A stretch of DNA of 64,000 nt, filler included, from Malassezia furfur (taxonomy: Eukaryota): assembly GCA_052055015.1 (NCBI GenBank). It is 3 parts of 3 records of this genome, joined end to end, with 100 filler letters (N's around TTAATTAATTAA, not from the genome) between each part and the next. Parts side by side here need not be neighbours in the genome. Positions count along the whole stretch, not along the records: positions 1 to 24,530 come from JBQJIT010000142.1; positions 24,631 to 49,101 come from JBQJIT010000143.1; 1 more part is not named here. One strand, written 5' to 3'. A program made the position numbers and the translations under genes. How positions within the stretch are numbered: position 1 is the stretch's first letter; each line of letters starts with the position of its first letter. This document shows positions 22,489 through 33,800 of this stretch, one piece after another. The notes beneath the pieces were generated by a model. The model did no database searches, was not told the DNA's origin, and saw only the letters and a program-made list of their open reading frames with translations.

Positions 22489-23763
22489 ATGGCTCGTGGA
22501 ATCCCGGGTCTTGACCGCGTTCGCGGAAAGTAGGTCGCCATGACTCACACCAGAAATGCCATCGGCACGCTCGTTCTCAGCGTCGGCGCCTTGCTTGGGG
22601 TGATCGGCTGGTTTACCTCGTTCATCTCGCAGTGTGTGGCTGAATCGCGGGACCATCTGCCGGTGCACCACGTGTGGTTCACCACCTGGGTGGACCTTGC
22701 ACTGGTCGTCGCGGTCTGCTTCCTTATCGCGGTCGGCTCAGTGGGCTTCTTCAAGCCGCTCCTCGTTCCTTTCTTGATCATTGCGATTGTGATGTCGGTA
22801 CTTGGTGCCGATCTCGGTCTGTACAGCGACTACGGCGACATGCAGGGCATGGGCGCCGGTTACCTGATCTTTGCGATCGCCGCAGTGATCTGGCTCCTGT
22901 ATCTCACCTACGCGGAGAGCACCGAAAGCGCCATCACCGGCGGCAAGCCGGCGGGTGCTTCGTTTGGCGGCGTTCCGGGTATCGGCGGCGGCATCAGCGG
23001 GATGACCAACGCCGCGACCAATGCCGGCGGCAACGTCACGGGCGGTATCTCGTCGCTCGGCAACACGGCGACGGGCGCATTCGGCGGCCTGCGCAACCGC
23101 TTCTCGCTCGGCAAGAACAAGGCCACGCAGGGCATGCAGGGCATGCAGGGCATGCAGAACCTTTCGGGCGGTGTCCCCAACGTCAGCATGGACCCCAGCG
23201 CACACGCGGCCAACATGGGTGTGCCAACGGGCGTCGTGGCGCACTCGCCGTCGGTCGATCCGTCTGCGGCGCAGATCCGCGCAGTGGACAGCTCGGTGAT
23301 GCCCGAGTCGGTTCCATCGCAGGCCTCGAACCTTTCGGCGGCCGGCATGGCGCCGAACGCGTCGGGCATGGCCCCGAGTGCCTCGGGCATGCTCCAGAAT
23401 GCGCCGACCGGCGGCCTCGACGCGAGCGCCGTGGCATCGTACCCGCCGCAGTACGCGGGCGACGGCTCGCTGGCACCCCCAATTGTGGGCAACGAGACGA
23501 TGTACTCGAGCGCGTCGCAGGCTGCTCCCTCGACCGGGTTCGCCGGCGTCGGCAGCGGCGTGTCCCCCGACAGTGCTACGCCGCGTCTGCAGCGTGCCGA
23601 GGCGCTCTACTCGTATAAGGCCAGTGAGGACGACCCCACCGAGATCTCGTTCAACAAAGGTGACATTCTTGAGATTATCGACTCGTCGGGCAAGTGGTGG
23701 CAGGCCTACCGGCCAAACGGCGAGCTTGGCATCGTGCCGAGCAACTACCTCCAGATGCTCTAA
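22489..23763 (+). CDS. SHO1: Sho1-like osmosensor (4 TM + C-terminal SH3)
   Basis: Four hydrophobic helices and an SH3 domain ([26 protein letters not shown]). The probable first exon from ATG 22489 is joined by a 24-nt stop-containing intron at 22530-22553. Confidence 0.85.
23128..23157 (+). repeat. Coding 9-bp tandem repeat (CAGGGCATG)x3 encoding QGM in SHO1
   Basis: Read directly from the sequence. Confidence 0.85.
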
Positions 23764-24222
23764 GCCCCCACCCCATTCCCCCCACCTCCCGTGTGTGATG
23801 CGTGTGTTACCTTTCGGATCTGCCCCTCTTTTCGCATACGACTAGAATCTTGCCGCGCCTGCTGGCCTCGCACGACTCTCGTTTGATCCGAACTCCTATC
23901 ACTACTTGAGATGGTAAGGCGCACACCGCCATTTGTACTCGTTATGCCTCTTGTTCCCCTATAGCTGCTCGACCCTTTAGCTACTCACCATCCTATTCGG
24001 TCTATGTGATGTGTTTCGCGGTCGTCATGTTTGCCAAGGTGCCCGTGCAGCTGACGCCGCGGCTGACGCCGCGCGCGCGCCTAGGGCGCACGTAGGAGAA
24101 CATGGTGAGTAGCAATGGTAATCGGTGTCGTGGAACGGCGAACGTGTCCCACCCCTTCCTACAAGCTACGGGACGACACATCCGAGCTGTGCCAAACGGA
24201 GTATACATCAGCGCGAGGCAGT

Positions 24223-24530
24223 TTAGTGGTGGTGGTTGACGGGCTCGCCAAGGTACTCGAGCTGGTAGACTGGCGTCAGAGCAATTGGGTACGTACCACT
24301 GCCGCAGCGGGGGCAGCGCGTGTGCTCCTTCTCGAGGCTCATGTTCAGCCAGAGCGTCTCGTGCGACTCGGCAGGGAAGCCGGTGCAGCCGATGTGGTGC
24401 TCGTGGTACTGTCGTCAGACACGCGCCTATCAACATACCATGCTCCGGACCTTGATCGGGTCCTTCATGGTGCCAAGACGGTCCGCAGGCAGCGGCTCCT
24501 GCTCGAACACATCCACACCCTCGAGCTTGC
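24223..24530 (-). CDS. COX4: Cytochrome c oxidase subunit 4 (COX5B family), 3' part; 5' end lost at gap
   Basis: Not in the ORF track. Spliced translation KLEGVDVFEQEPL..GTMKDPIKVRSM/YHEHHIGCTGFPAESHETLWL...RCPRCGS/VYQLEY..HHH*, with introns at 24409-24438 (30 nt) and 24270-24296 (27 nt). Zn-binding Cys/His residues are conserved. Confidence 0.9.
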
Positions 24531-24630
24531 NNNNNNNNNNNNNNNNNNNNNNNNNNNNNNNNNNNNNNNNNNNNTTAATTAATTAANNNNNNNNNNNNNN
24601 NNNNNNNNNNNNNNNNNNNNNNNNNNNNNN
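24531..24630. other. Artificial contig spacer (N44-TTAATTAATTAA-N44)
   Basis: Exactly 100 bp with a six-frame stop linker at 24575-24586. Genes are truncated on both sides. Confidence 0.98.
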
Positions 24631-26235
24631 CCGCCTGCGCGCGCCGAGGCCCGGCTGCAGGCGCAGCAGCGCAGCGCAACCACGACGCTGCTTGCTGGCG
24701 CACGCGCGCGCCGCGGGCAGAGTGCACGGCAGCAGCGCAGCCAGGAGCGTCTCGCTCTGCGCACGGCCGCCAAGGGCAGTGGTGGTGCGACGCGTGCGCA
24801 GCTCATGCAGATGCTCACCATGACGCACGCCGAGCCCGCCGAGGAGAAGCCCGCGCCCAAGCCAAAAAAGAAGCGTGCGCCGATCAAGTTCACGACCGGT
24901 GCCGAGGACAACTCAGAGGACGAGGAGAACAAGGCGGCGCCCGCCCCCGCCCGCGACGACGACGAGTGGTGCGAGGTGGACGAGGAGGAGGAAAAGCGGC
25001 TGCGCGCCGCCGAGCGTGCCGAGGCGCGGCGCAAGCGCCGCGAGGCCGAGGAGCGCGAGCGCATCGAGATGTTCAAAAAGCGCCCCATCCGCTCCATGAG
25101 TCTGGCCGACCTGTCCTCGGCCAAGAAACCCGCGGACGCCGCGCCCGCACCCGCACCCGCACCCGACGGCGAGCAGGGCCACCCGACGCGCGGCCTGCTC
25201 TCGACGCTCTTCCACGCGCCGGCCGAGATGCGCCGCGGGAGTGTCGCCGCACCTGGCGTGGCGGGCGCCTCGCGCGCGCCATCCGCACGCCCGCGGCACC
25301 CCCTGTCGGGCAAGACGATGAGTCTCGCGGCGCTGCCTGCGCGCGCGGGCGCCGACGCCGAGGCACGCAACACGTCCACGCCGACGCTCAGCACCGAGAC
25401 GCCGGCGCTGCGGCGCAATAGCAGCATGGCGCATACCCCCTTGGCGTCGCGGAGCAAGAGCGCGATCGCGCTTCCGCTGCTCAACCTGACCTCGCTGCGC
25501 TCCACGACCGGGCGCAGCGGGATCGACGTGCGCCGCATGCCAAGCACCACCTCGCTCGTCTCGGGCGGCTCGGTGGGCAGTGAGGAGGACGGCACGTCGA
25601 CCCCCGGCGAGGTGCACGCGACCATGGCGCCGCCCGAGCGCGTCAAGAGTAGCACGGCGCTCGCGCGCCTTGCGGCGCTCGCGCACCGCGGCCCGGACAC
25701 GGCGAGCCACACGGATCTGCGCGCGTCGCTCGGCTCGGTGCTGACACCGGGCGAGCCCGAGCGACAACGCAGCGATACGTCGATGTCGCGCACGTCGAGC
25801 CAGACGTGGAGCCCCTCGGAGGAGGACGGCCCGTCGCTGGCGGTGCAGGTCGACCAGGACGCGCCGGAGGACTACTTCAACCTGAAGCGCGTGCCGCAGG
25901 CGACGCCGCCGCAGACCCGGCCGCAGTCGCCCGTCTCGCCGCGGCAAACGCAGAGCATGACGGAGCTGCCGATCCCGGCGCCGACCCTGCAGTCGCCGCG
26001 CACGCTGCGGCGCAACATGCTGCGCGACGAGCTGTCCGAGAGTTTGCGCGAGAACCTCTTGTGGGAGCGCCAGTCACGGGCGCGGCTCCTCGGCCTTGGC
26101 GTGCCGCCCAGCGAGGACAGCAGCGGCTCGAGCACGCCGGTGGCCCCGCGGCGCAGCGTGTCGCAAGCCGGGCCCACGAGCACGACCGAGTTACGCCGCT
26201 ACGACGAGCAGTCGTTCCATCACAAGGGGTGGTGA
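24631..26235 (+). CDS. DUF3295-domain protein (Mks1-like regulator), 5'-truncated
   Basis: Frame open from the gap. The C-terminal SPRTLRRNMLRDELSESLRENLLWERQ...FHHKGW* matches the DUF3295 pattern. Confidence 0.7.
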   Translation, partial: PPARAEARLQAQQRSATTTLLAGARARRGQSARQQRSQERLALRTAAKGSGGATRAQLMQMLTMTHAEPAEEKPAPKPKKKRAPIKFTTGAEDNSEDEENKAAPAPARDDDEWCEVDEEEEKRLRAAERAEARRKRREAEERERIEMFKKRPIRSMSLADLSSAKKPADAAPAPAPAPDGEQGHPTRGLLSTLFHAPAEMRRGSVAAPGVAGASRAPSARPRHPLSGKTMSLAALPARAGADAEARNTSTPTLSTETPALRRNSSMAHTPLASRSKSAIALPLLNLTSLRSTTGRSGIDVRRMPSTTSLVSGGSVGSEEDGTSTPGEVHATMAPPERVKSSTALARLAALAHRGPDTASHTDLRASLGSVLTPGEPERQRSDTSMSRTSSQTWSPSEEDGPSLAVQVDQDAPEDYFNLKRVPQATPPQTRPQSPVSPRQTQSMTELPIPAPTLQSPRTLRRNMLRDELSESLRENLLWERQSRARLLGLGVPPSEDSSGSSTPVAPRRSVSQAGPTSTTELRRYDEQSFHHKGW

Positions 26236-26257
26236 TCAATAGGCAGCCTGTACAGTA

Positions 26258-28385
26258 CTACAAATCCACCCGCGCCGCCCACGGCACGCGCCCCAGCCAG
26301 TTGCCGCGCGGCAGCAGCCGCCACACGGTCCACGCGGCGCCCGTCGCGCCAAACAGCGCGATGGCAACGTACGCGCCCATCCGCCAGCGCATCCGCGCGT
26401 ACGACAACGAGTTCGACGACACGGGCACTGCGCCGCGCGGGTCCGCCGCGATGCTCACAATCAGGGAGTCGAGCTCGGCGAGCTGCCCGAGCGCCGCGCT
26501 GACATTCAGCGGGCCCGCGCCGAGGTGCGGGATGTGCAGGCCGAGCTTGCGGCAGTACACGTCGGGCTGCACCTCGTGCCGCTGCTGCGCAAGGTCCAAA
26601 TCGCACTTGGTCGCGACAAACAGCGTGGGGAAGTGGGCCAGCGCAGGAAACTGCTGCCGCAGGTTCGACACGTACGAGAACGAGTTGGTGTCGCTCGAAT
26701 CGTACACAAACACGATCGCGTTCACGTGCGCAAGCTTAGCAGAGGAACGCAGCGCCTCGGCCTCGTTGCGCGAGCCGTACTCTTGCAGCACGAGATAGCG
26801 CTCCGCACCGCCCTGCTCTACGGCACACACTGCGCGGCGCAGGCGGTGCGTCGGCGTGTAGCGCGACTGGAACGGCTTGCCCACAAGCGTGCGCAGCAGC
26901 GCGGTCTTGCCGCTCCCGGGCGCACCAAGCACCAGCGCCAGGAACACGTTGCTCTGCTCTGCGCCGTGCCGCTTGCGGTCACCGGGACGCCGGGGACGCG
27001 CGAGCTTGAGCGCCGACACGGTGGCCGCAGGTTTCTCCTCGTAGCTCGCCTTGGCGTTGCCGGTGGCACCGTCGAGCCACGCGTACGACGTCGGTGCGCT
27101 GCTGTGCGTCGCCGCACCCGAGTGCGTCGGCGTGTGCGTGCCACTGCCGCCGAGGTTCAGCGGGTGTGCAAACAGGGGGTAGCCCAGGTACGCAAGGTAC
27201 GCGAGCGTCGTGCGGTGCTCAAGCAGCGTCGTCATGCTCCACTGCGCGAGCCAGCCTTGGAGCGTCACAGCGCCGGCTTCGTCGGTCACGGTGCTCGCAG
27301 GGAAGCCCGCGCCCCACGGGTGCCGCCCGCCGGGGGCCGTCGCAAACAGAGACGCGAGCTCCGCCTCGTTCAGCGCGCCGTCGTGGTCCTTGTCGTGCGC
27401 CTTGAACACCTCGGTGAGGAACTGGTAGCCGCTCGGCGACAGCTCAACGGCCATGCCAGTGGGCACGTCGAATGGAGGGTAGACGTAGGTGTGCGACAGC
27501 TGCAAGTCCATGCCGTACCCAAACGTCCACAGCACGGTCCACGTCGTCTCAAGCCGGCCGCGCTGGATGAAGAGGGTGTGCAGGTACAGGAAGCCGGCGA
27601 GCGTCAGAGCGCCATCCTCGAGCGGGGGATCACTGAGTTCCTCCTCGCCATCCATGACAAGGTGTTTGATCCCCTCGAGCTCCTGCAGCTGCAGCGGCGC
27701 ATTAAAGCACAACAGCTGGAAGTCGTTCAGCTCCTCGTCGTTCAGCACACCGTCCTTGTCGGTGTCGCACAGACAGAAAATGTTGCGCAGCGCCTCGACA
27801 CATGCAGGCTTGAGCGTGTGTGTGCGTGAGTCGTACAACGGCGCAGTGGGGTACAACACCGCCTTTTGTGCGTAGAAAAAGACTTCGCTCACGTTCAGTG
27901 CCAGCCGCGCACTGCACTCGATGCACGTCTCCACCTCCTTGAAGTCGGCCATGAGCGGCGCAATCTCCTCCTCAAGCGCCTCATCTGCAAAGTCGCTCTG
28001 CCGCATATCCACCTTGTTGCCCACCAAAATCACAGGCACGTTAATGCCGAGCGAGCGGATATAGGGGAGCCAGTACGAGGGGATCCGCTCGAACGACTCT
28101 GTATCGATCACCGAGTATACAAGTACAATTACGTTGGCACGACGCAGTTCCGTCTCCTGCCGCTCCTCGTATTCCGAGTGCGCTGCGTGAGCCAACTTGT
28201 CACGTACGGTAAGTGTCCACAATTTTCGTCGTCACGCCCTCGGGCGACACGTCCGCCGGCAGCGTCAACTCCGGCACAATCTCTTGGACATCCTCCACGA
28301 ACGTCTCTTTTATGAGCGATGTGATGAGCGTCGATTTGCCCGTGCCGGGGTCACCGGCCAGCACGACCCGAATCTCGCGCCGCAT
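26258..28385 (-). CDS. GEM1: Mitochondrial Rho GTPase Miro
   Basis: Two GTPase domains (GDPGTGKS; GAPGSGKT), EF-hands (DTDKDG; DKDHDG) and a C-terminal TM. 25-nt intron at 28183-28207. Confidence 0.95.
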
Positions 28386-28687
28386 CGCTGCGAACCACGC
28401 CGGCGTCGATCGTCGTCGCTGACAAATGCCGCGGTGTTTCGTGTGGCCTCCACTTGGTCAGGCGGCGTGTGGCGGGCGCGGCGTTGGCGTAGCGAGCGGC
28501 GGCGCAGGCGGGCGGCGTACAGCCAGCGCGTACGGCAGCATAAGGATGGTGTAGGGCGTAAGTGCGCCATCAAGACGCGACAGTGCGCTTACCACCGCGG
28601 CGCCGTACGGCACGATTGCGACTCCGTTGCCGAGGAGTCCTCCACAATACAAATTAAGCACATTTCTACCATTACACAGTGAGCAGC

Positions 28688-30839
28688 TCAATAGCCGCCG
28701 CCGGCCAACTCGATCGCCGACGAAAACACTAAAAAGAGGCCGAAGGGAAGGAGCACCACGACCACCACCAGTTCCTGCCATAGTCGACGTCTGTGTAAGT
28801 ATTGTAACGTACTCGCGAGTCTGGCGCTGCAAGGCGCGTTCCTTGCGCGCGAGAAGGATCAATGTCGCTTCGTCGCGCGTCGATGGTCCCTCTTCGTTTT
28901 CGTGCGAGGGGATCATATCGTGTGTGTCATGTGCTTCCTCCTCCTCGTCGTGGGGCAGGAGTGAGTGGGTCTCTTCCTCGCGTGCAATGGGGATGAGTGC
29001 ACTCAGGGGGCTCAGCAGATACTGACTCAGCCGGCGGCGCATCGAGTCGGACTGGAACAGGAGAATGGCGCGTGGCCGCCGGATACGGAAGAGCACGAGC
29101 CAAAGCACGGCGGGGAGCAGGAATCCGACGATCGCGCCGAGAATGCCGATGATCTCGACGGAGCGCAAAAACCGCAGCTCTTCCCCCTCTTTCTCGTTGC
29201 GGCGGAACACACCGCCAACACCGGAGAAGTAGGCGAAACCCGCGGTGATGGCCCACAGCACAATCCCAGAGAGCGAGTTGCGCAGGAAGCGGAAGCGGCG
29301 CCATGCACGCTCCTCGAGCGCTGCGGCCGCGTCGAGCGGCGGCAGGTGCAGCCCCGAGGACCGCATCGGCGACGGGAGCCACCGCGGACTCGCGAACGAC
29401 GATGCACGGCTCACGAATCGGCTCGGTGTCGATGACTGCCGTTGCGGCGTGGGGGGCTGCACGTTGCGCAGGGGGTGTACATTGAGCAGGTTGAGCAGTC
29501 GACTCCACGACGAGCGCGCCGATGCCAAGCACACGCACAGGTGGGCAGCGAGCATCATGGCGAACAGCATGCGAGCCCCATTCACGTGGTCGTCGTCAAA
29601 AGGCAACGAGTCGAAAAAGTTGGCGTGCAGTCCCCGCCCAAGCTGCTCGGAGCCCACCATGCCGAGGTCGGCGCCGAGTACGTAGACGATCACGAGCATC
29701 GATGCGGTCTGGACGAACTGTGCGAGCGCAAAAGAGCGCACGTTGGATTCGTACACCGTCTTGCGCCGCATACTCCGACTGTGTGCCAAGATCTGTGCCG
29801 GGAGCGCACTCAGCATGAGCAAGGGCAGCATCGCTGTGCTGGCCCAGGGCCACGTGTAGTCGTGTAGGCGCGGCATCGGCACGGTGTCAGTGTGTGCGGG
29901 AGGCGAGACGGTCTCCCAGTCATTTGTGTGTGCATAGAGGAGTGCAACGACCACGGGGTAGCACAGCACCATCGTCCACGACTGGATCTGGATCATGTTC
30001 CGTTTCGGCGTGGCCGATACGAGCAGCGGCAAGGTCTGTGTGAGCACGCGCAGCGTACCATAACTCCGCCGATAAACAGCGTGACGAATGCGCGGTCGTG
30101 CAGCAGGTGCCCCGGCCGGACATAGTGGAAGAACACCTGGAGGAGCAGGTCGGTCATGGCTGCGTTAGGGTATGCAGCGCAACGTACCGTGGTAGCCGAC
30201 CACAGCGGCACCCGTACAGTACACGATCAGCACCGCACTGCTCAGCCCAAGGCCGAGGTTTCGGCGCCACTGCGTGTGTACGCCAAACGCGCGCGCAGTG
30301 ATGGCCTCGATCGTGTTGCCGCCGACGTAGCGCCCGAGCGTGATCCAGAGCGCCGCGCCGAAGGCCGCCAGTACCGCGACAAACACAGCGACAATTATGC
30401 CCGGAACCACTCCTGCGCGCGTGAAGTAGACAGGCATCGCGAGCAGTACGCCGGGATGCAGACTCGAACCCAGCAAATTCATGGCAACGTGGCCGACCGA
30501 CAGTGTGCCCGGCGCTGCGGAGCCGATCAGCAGCGTGCGCCACCAGTTGGCGACGGTCGGCAGCGCCTGCGTGGGCGCAAACAGGTTGCGTGCGCGCGGA
30601 CGCGGTGTGGGCGGCGCCGTGTCGTCCGCATCGCTGTCCTCGTCCCAAAGGTAGAGTGTCGTGGGTTCTGCGCTCTCGTCGTCGTCCGCAGGCAGCGGAT
30701 CGGAGGTATCGGACGCGTCGTCGGACGCAATGTGCAAGGTCACCACGTTCTCTTCGGCGGTACGTGCACCCGTGCCGCCGTCCGGTGTACCTGCCGGCGG
30801 CGCGTGCGCCGGCGCAGGGTCCGCGGCGTCGTCGGGCAT
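28688..30839 (-). CDS. Multi-pass membrane protein, amino-acid transporter (Aa_trans/AVT)-like
   Basis: NLLGSSLHPGVLLAMPVYFTRAG resembles AAAP TM1, followed by many TM helices. Introns at 30160-30187 (28), 30036-30058 (23) and 28791-28812 (22) give the C-terminus ...RRLWQELVVVVVLLPFGLFLVFSSAIELAGGGY*. Confidence 0.65.
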
Positions 30840-30878
30840 CGTGGAGGAGCCGCAAAGTGGAGGTTCGCCACACGGTTC

Positions 30879-33800
30879 ATGGCGGAGCGCGGCGCGGAGG
30901 CGTACCCCATCACGCCGCCGCCCGCCGCGGAGGTGGGCACGGCGCGCCTCGACTCCAGTCCGGAGGTCGAGGTGGATGCGAGCTGGGCGGATGATGTGCC
31001 TGCGCGTCTGCGCGCCCGCGCAGCGCCGTCCACGGTGCTGGGCAAGCGCGCGCCGGACGACGCGCCGACCAGCGACGCGCCGACCAGCGATGCGCCGACC
31101 AGCGACGCGTTCAAATTTATGCGTCTCGCATCGGGCGAGCGCAGTGATGTGATCCTCCCGACAAGCGACGCGTTCGAAGGACAGATGGATGACGCGTGGG
31201 ACCTCGACGATGCACAGCTGTACTCGGGCGAGGCACTGCTCCTCGCACCTGACGCGTCGCCTGCTCATGCCGAGGCACATTCGGCGCCACGCACGCCGGC
31301 CGCTGCGTTGCAGCGCACGCTGGAAGCACTTGTACGCGAGGACGACGGGCACGCCGAGCTGCGCCTCTTGCACCGCGTCGAGGACGAGCGTGTGCTGCGG
31401 CCCGCGACGCTGCACCAGCTGCACAGCACGCTGCGCCGGTGTGCGCGCGATTCCAAGACACACACAGTGTACGCACCGGATGTGCCGCACACTTTGCTCG
31501 ACCTGGACGCGGCGCACCTGGCGCGCCTGCTCGACGTGCTCGAGCGCACGATGCGCACGGCGCTGCGCGCGTTTGCGCCCGACGACACGCTCGGCGAGAG
31601 CGTAGCGGCGTCGCTCACAGGCCTCGTCGCCGCACAGTGCGTGCTCGTGGTGCTCGCGCAGGAGCGCCTGCCCAAGCACCTCTTCGCCGAGGAGCTTGTG
31701 GAGCTGTGCGTCGCTACGCTCAAGGCGCCGCTCGAGCGGCTTGTGGTGCCGCTTGTCGAGGCGCGTGCGAGTGGTACGGGCCCACTCGCAGATGTAGCGG
31801 CGCAGCTCGATGCGGACCCGCGCCCCGACGCATTGCGCGACATTGACGTGCACTTCCACCTCGTGTGTGCCACGTTTGCACAGCTCGACGAGGTACTGGC
31901 GCTGCCGACGGTCGGCGTATCGGACGCGCTACTGATCGCATGCGTGTACGTAGCGCTTGCGCCCTTCTACGCGCAGGACACCGAGGCGCGCGCTGCGCCC
32001 GACGAAGCGCCGATCTCGGCTTATACCCGCGGCGCGGTGCTCCGCCCGCTGCGGCTCACGGGCCTTGGCGTGTTGCGACACCTGTTTGCGCACCACCCTG
32101 CACAGCGCACATGGGTGCTGAGCGAGGTGCTCGTGTCGCTGCTACGCCTCCCTGACCTGCGCGCCCATACGCGCGAGTTCCGCCTCGCCAACGGCAAGAA
32201 AATCTACGCGCTCACCGCGCTGCTCCTGCAGCTCGTGCAGGCTGCGGCTGCTGAGCCACCCGCGCGCCGTGAGCAAATACATGCGTGGATCGAGGAGGCG
32301 CGCGCAGATACGCCCTCGCCGCCCACAAACCAAAGCGAGGTACACGCGCTGGCGCACAGTGTCGCGCGTTACCTCGCACAAAAAGCCGCGCAGGCCAAGC
32401 TCGTAAAGAGCTCACAGGAGCTGAGCTACGCGAGCGTTGTGTACGCGCTGCTCGACGACCTGCTCACGCTCCTTTTTCTGCCTGACTGGCCCGCGGCACC
32501 CGTGCTGCTCGCAAGCTTCTGCAGGACATTTGTCGCGTTCGTGCACGACGCAAAAAGCAGCGTCGACGCCAAAGCGATCGCTCTTGACCACCTCGGCGTC
32601 GTCGCGGCGCGTCTGCAGCGCGCGCACGCTGAGCTAGGCGCACGGCGCCGCCTGCGGCCCTTGCGTGCTGTAGCGGAGGCCGCTGCGGAGGCCGACATTG
32701 ACGCGCTGTACGACCGCGAGCAAGCCGTGTACGGCGTCGCGCATCGCCTGCGAATGCACGCGATGCCGGATGCTGAGGCTGCTGCGGCCTTTCACCTCGC
32801 GCAGCTTGGACACGAGGTCGTCGCGGCGCTCGATACACATCGCGATGCCCATACAGACGACCCGGTTCGCATGGCGCTCGCGGCGATCTACGCGCGCATC
32901 CGCGTCGCCGAGACTGGCACGCCTGTCGAGGCCCCCGTCGTGCCGCAGCTTGTGCTGAGCAGCGCCTACATGGTTCATACGCCGCAGCTCATCGCGCCAC
33001 TTCTGCGCGGAGCGAGTGCCACGGCATTGTCAACACGCACGCGTGCTCTGCGCGCGCTTGGCAACGTCGCCGCCGTCGACGCACACCTGCTCGACGACGC
33101 GGCGGTTCGTGAGGTGGTCCGTGCGCACGTCGTCGACACGAGCGCCAGTGTGCGTGAAACGGCGATCGCGATTCTGGGCGCCTACATGTTGCAGAGCCGC
33201 GCAGCACGCACAGGGTACCGTGCTGAGATAGCCGCGCGCGCGATGGATGCGGCGGTCGGCGTGCGTCGACGGGTGCTGCGCATACTTCGCAGCCTGTGTG
33301 CAAGTGACGAGGCCTATGCAGACCAGCTCGAAGCGGTCGTCCGCATCGTGCGCGCCGTGCACGACGAGGATGTCGGCATTCAGGCGCTCGCTATCCGTAC
33401 GCTTGCGGCGCTCTGGCTACCCACGCCGGCAGACGCCAGCGAGGAAGAGGCCGCACTTGCGGTGCCGGTGGACGTCGGCGCGCAGCTGCTCGCCGACGTC
33501 GGCGCATGGGTGCGTGAGCGCCCGTCACCGCTCGATGCGTTTCTGCGGCGCATTTATACGGCGGATGCTGGCGTGCGTGCGCGCCTCGGTGCGCTTGTCG
33601 ATGCGCTGCTTGCGCATCTCTTTGCCGAGACACCGACCGATGCGCAAACAGTCCTGGACCGTCTGCGTGTCGTACAGCTATTGGTTGCCGCGTACCCCGC
33701 GGTACTGACAGTGCGCCGCGCGACACAGCTCTTGCCGTACGTGAGCGGCGCCGAGTCGGTACGTTGTGCTACTTACCCAGCCGGAAGACGTCGCGGTAAT

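Noticed and set aside
23980..24113. ATG-GTGAGT on both strands as first exons of two small genes
   Set aside because: I could not build a convincing downstream acceptor and ORF on either strand, so it is kept only as a structural inverted repeat.
24575..24586. TTAATTAATTAA palindrome (also 49146-49157) as a TTAA transposon target or regulatory site
   Set aside because: It sits centred in N-runs of identical length, so it is an artificial linker.
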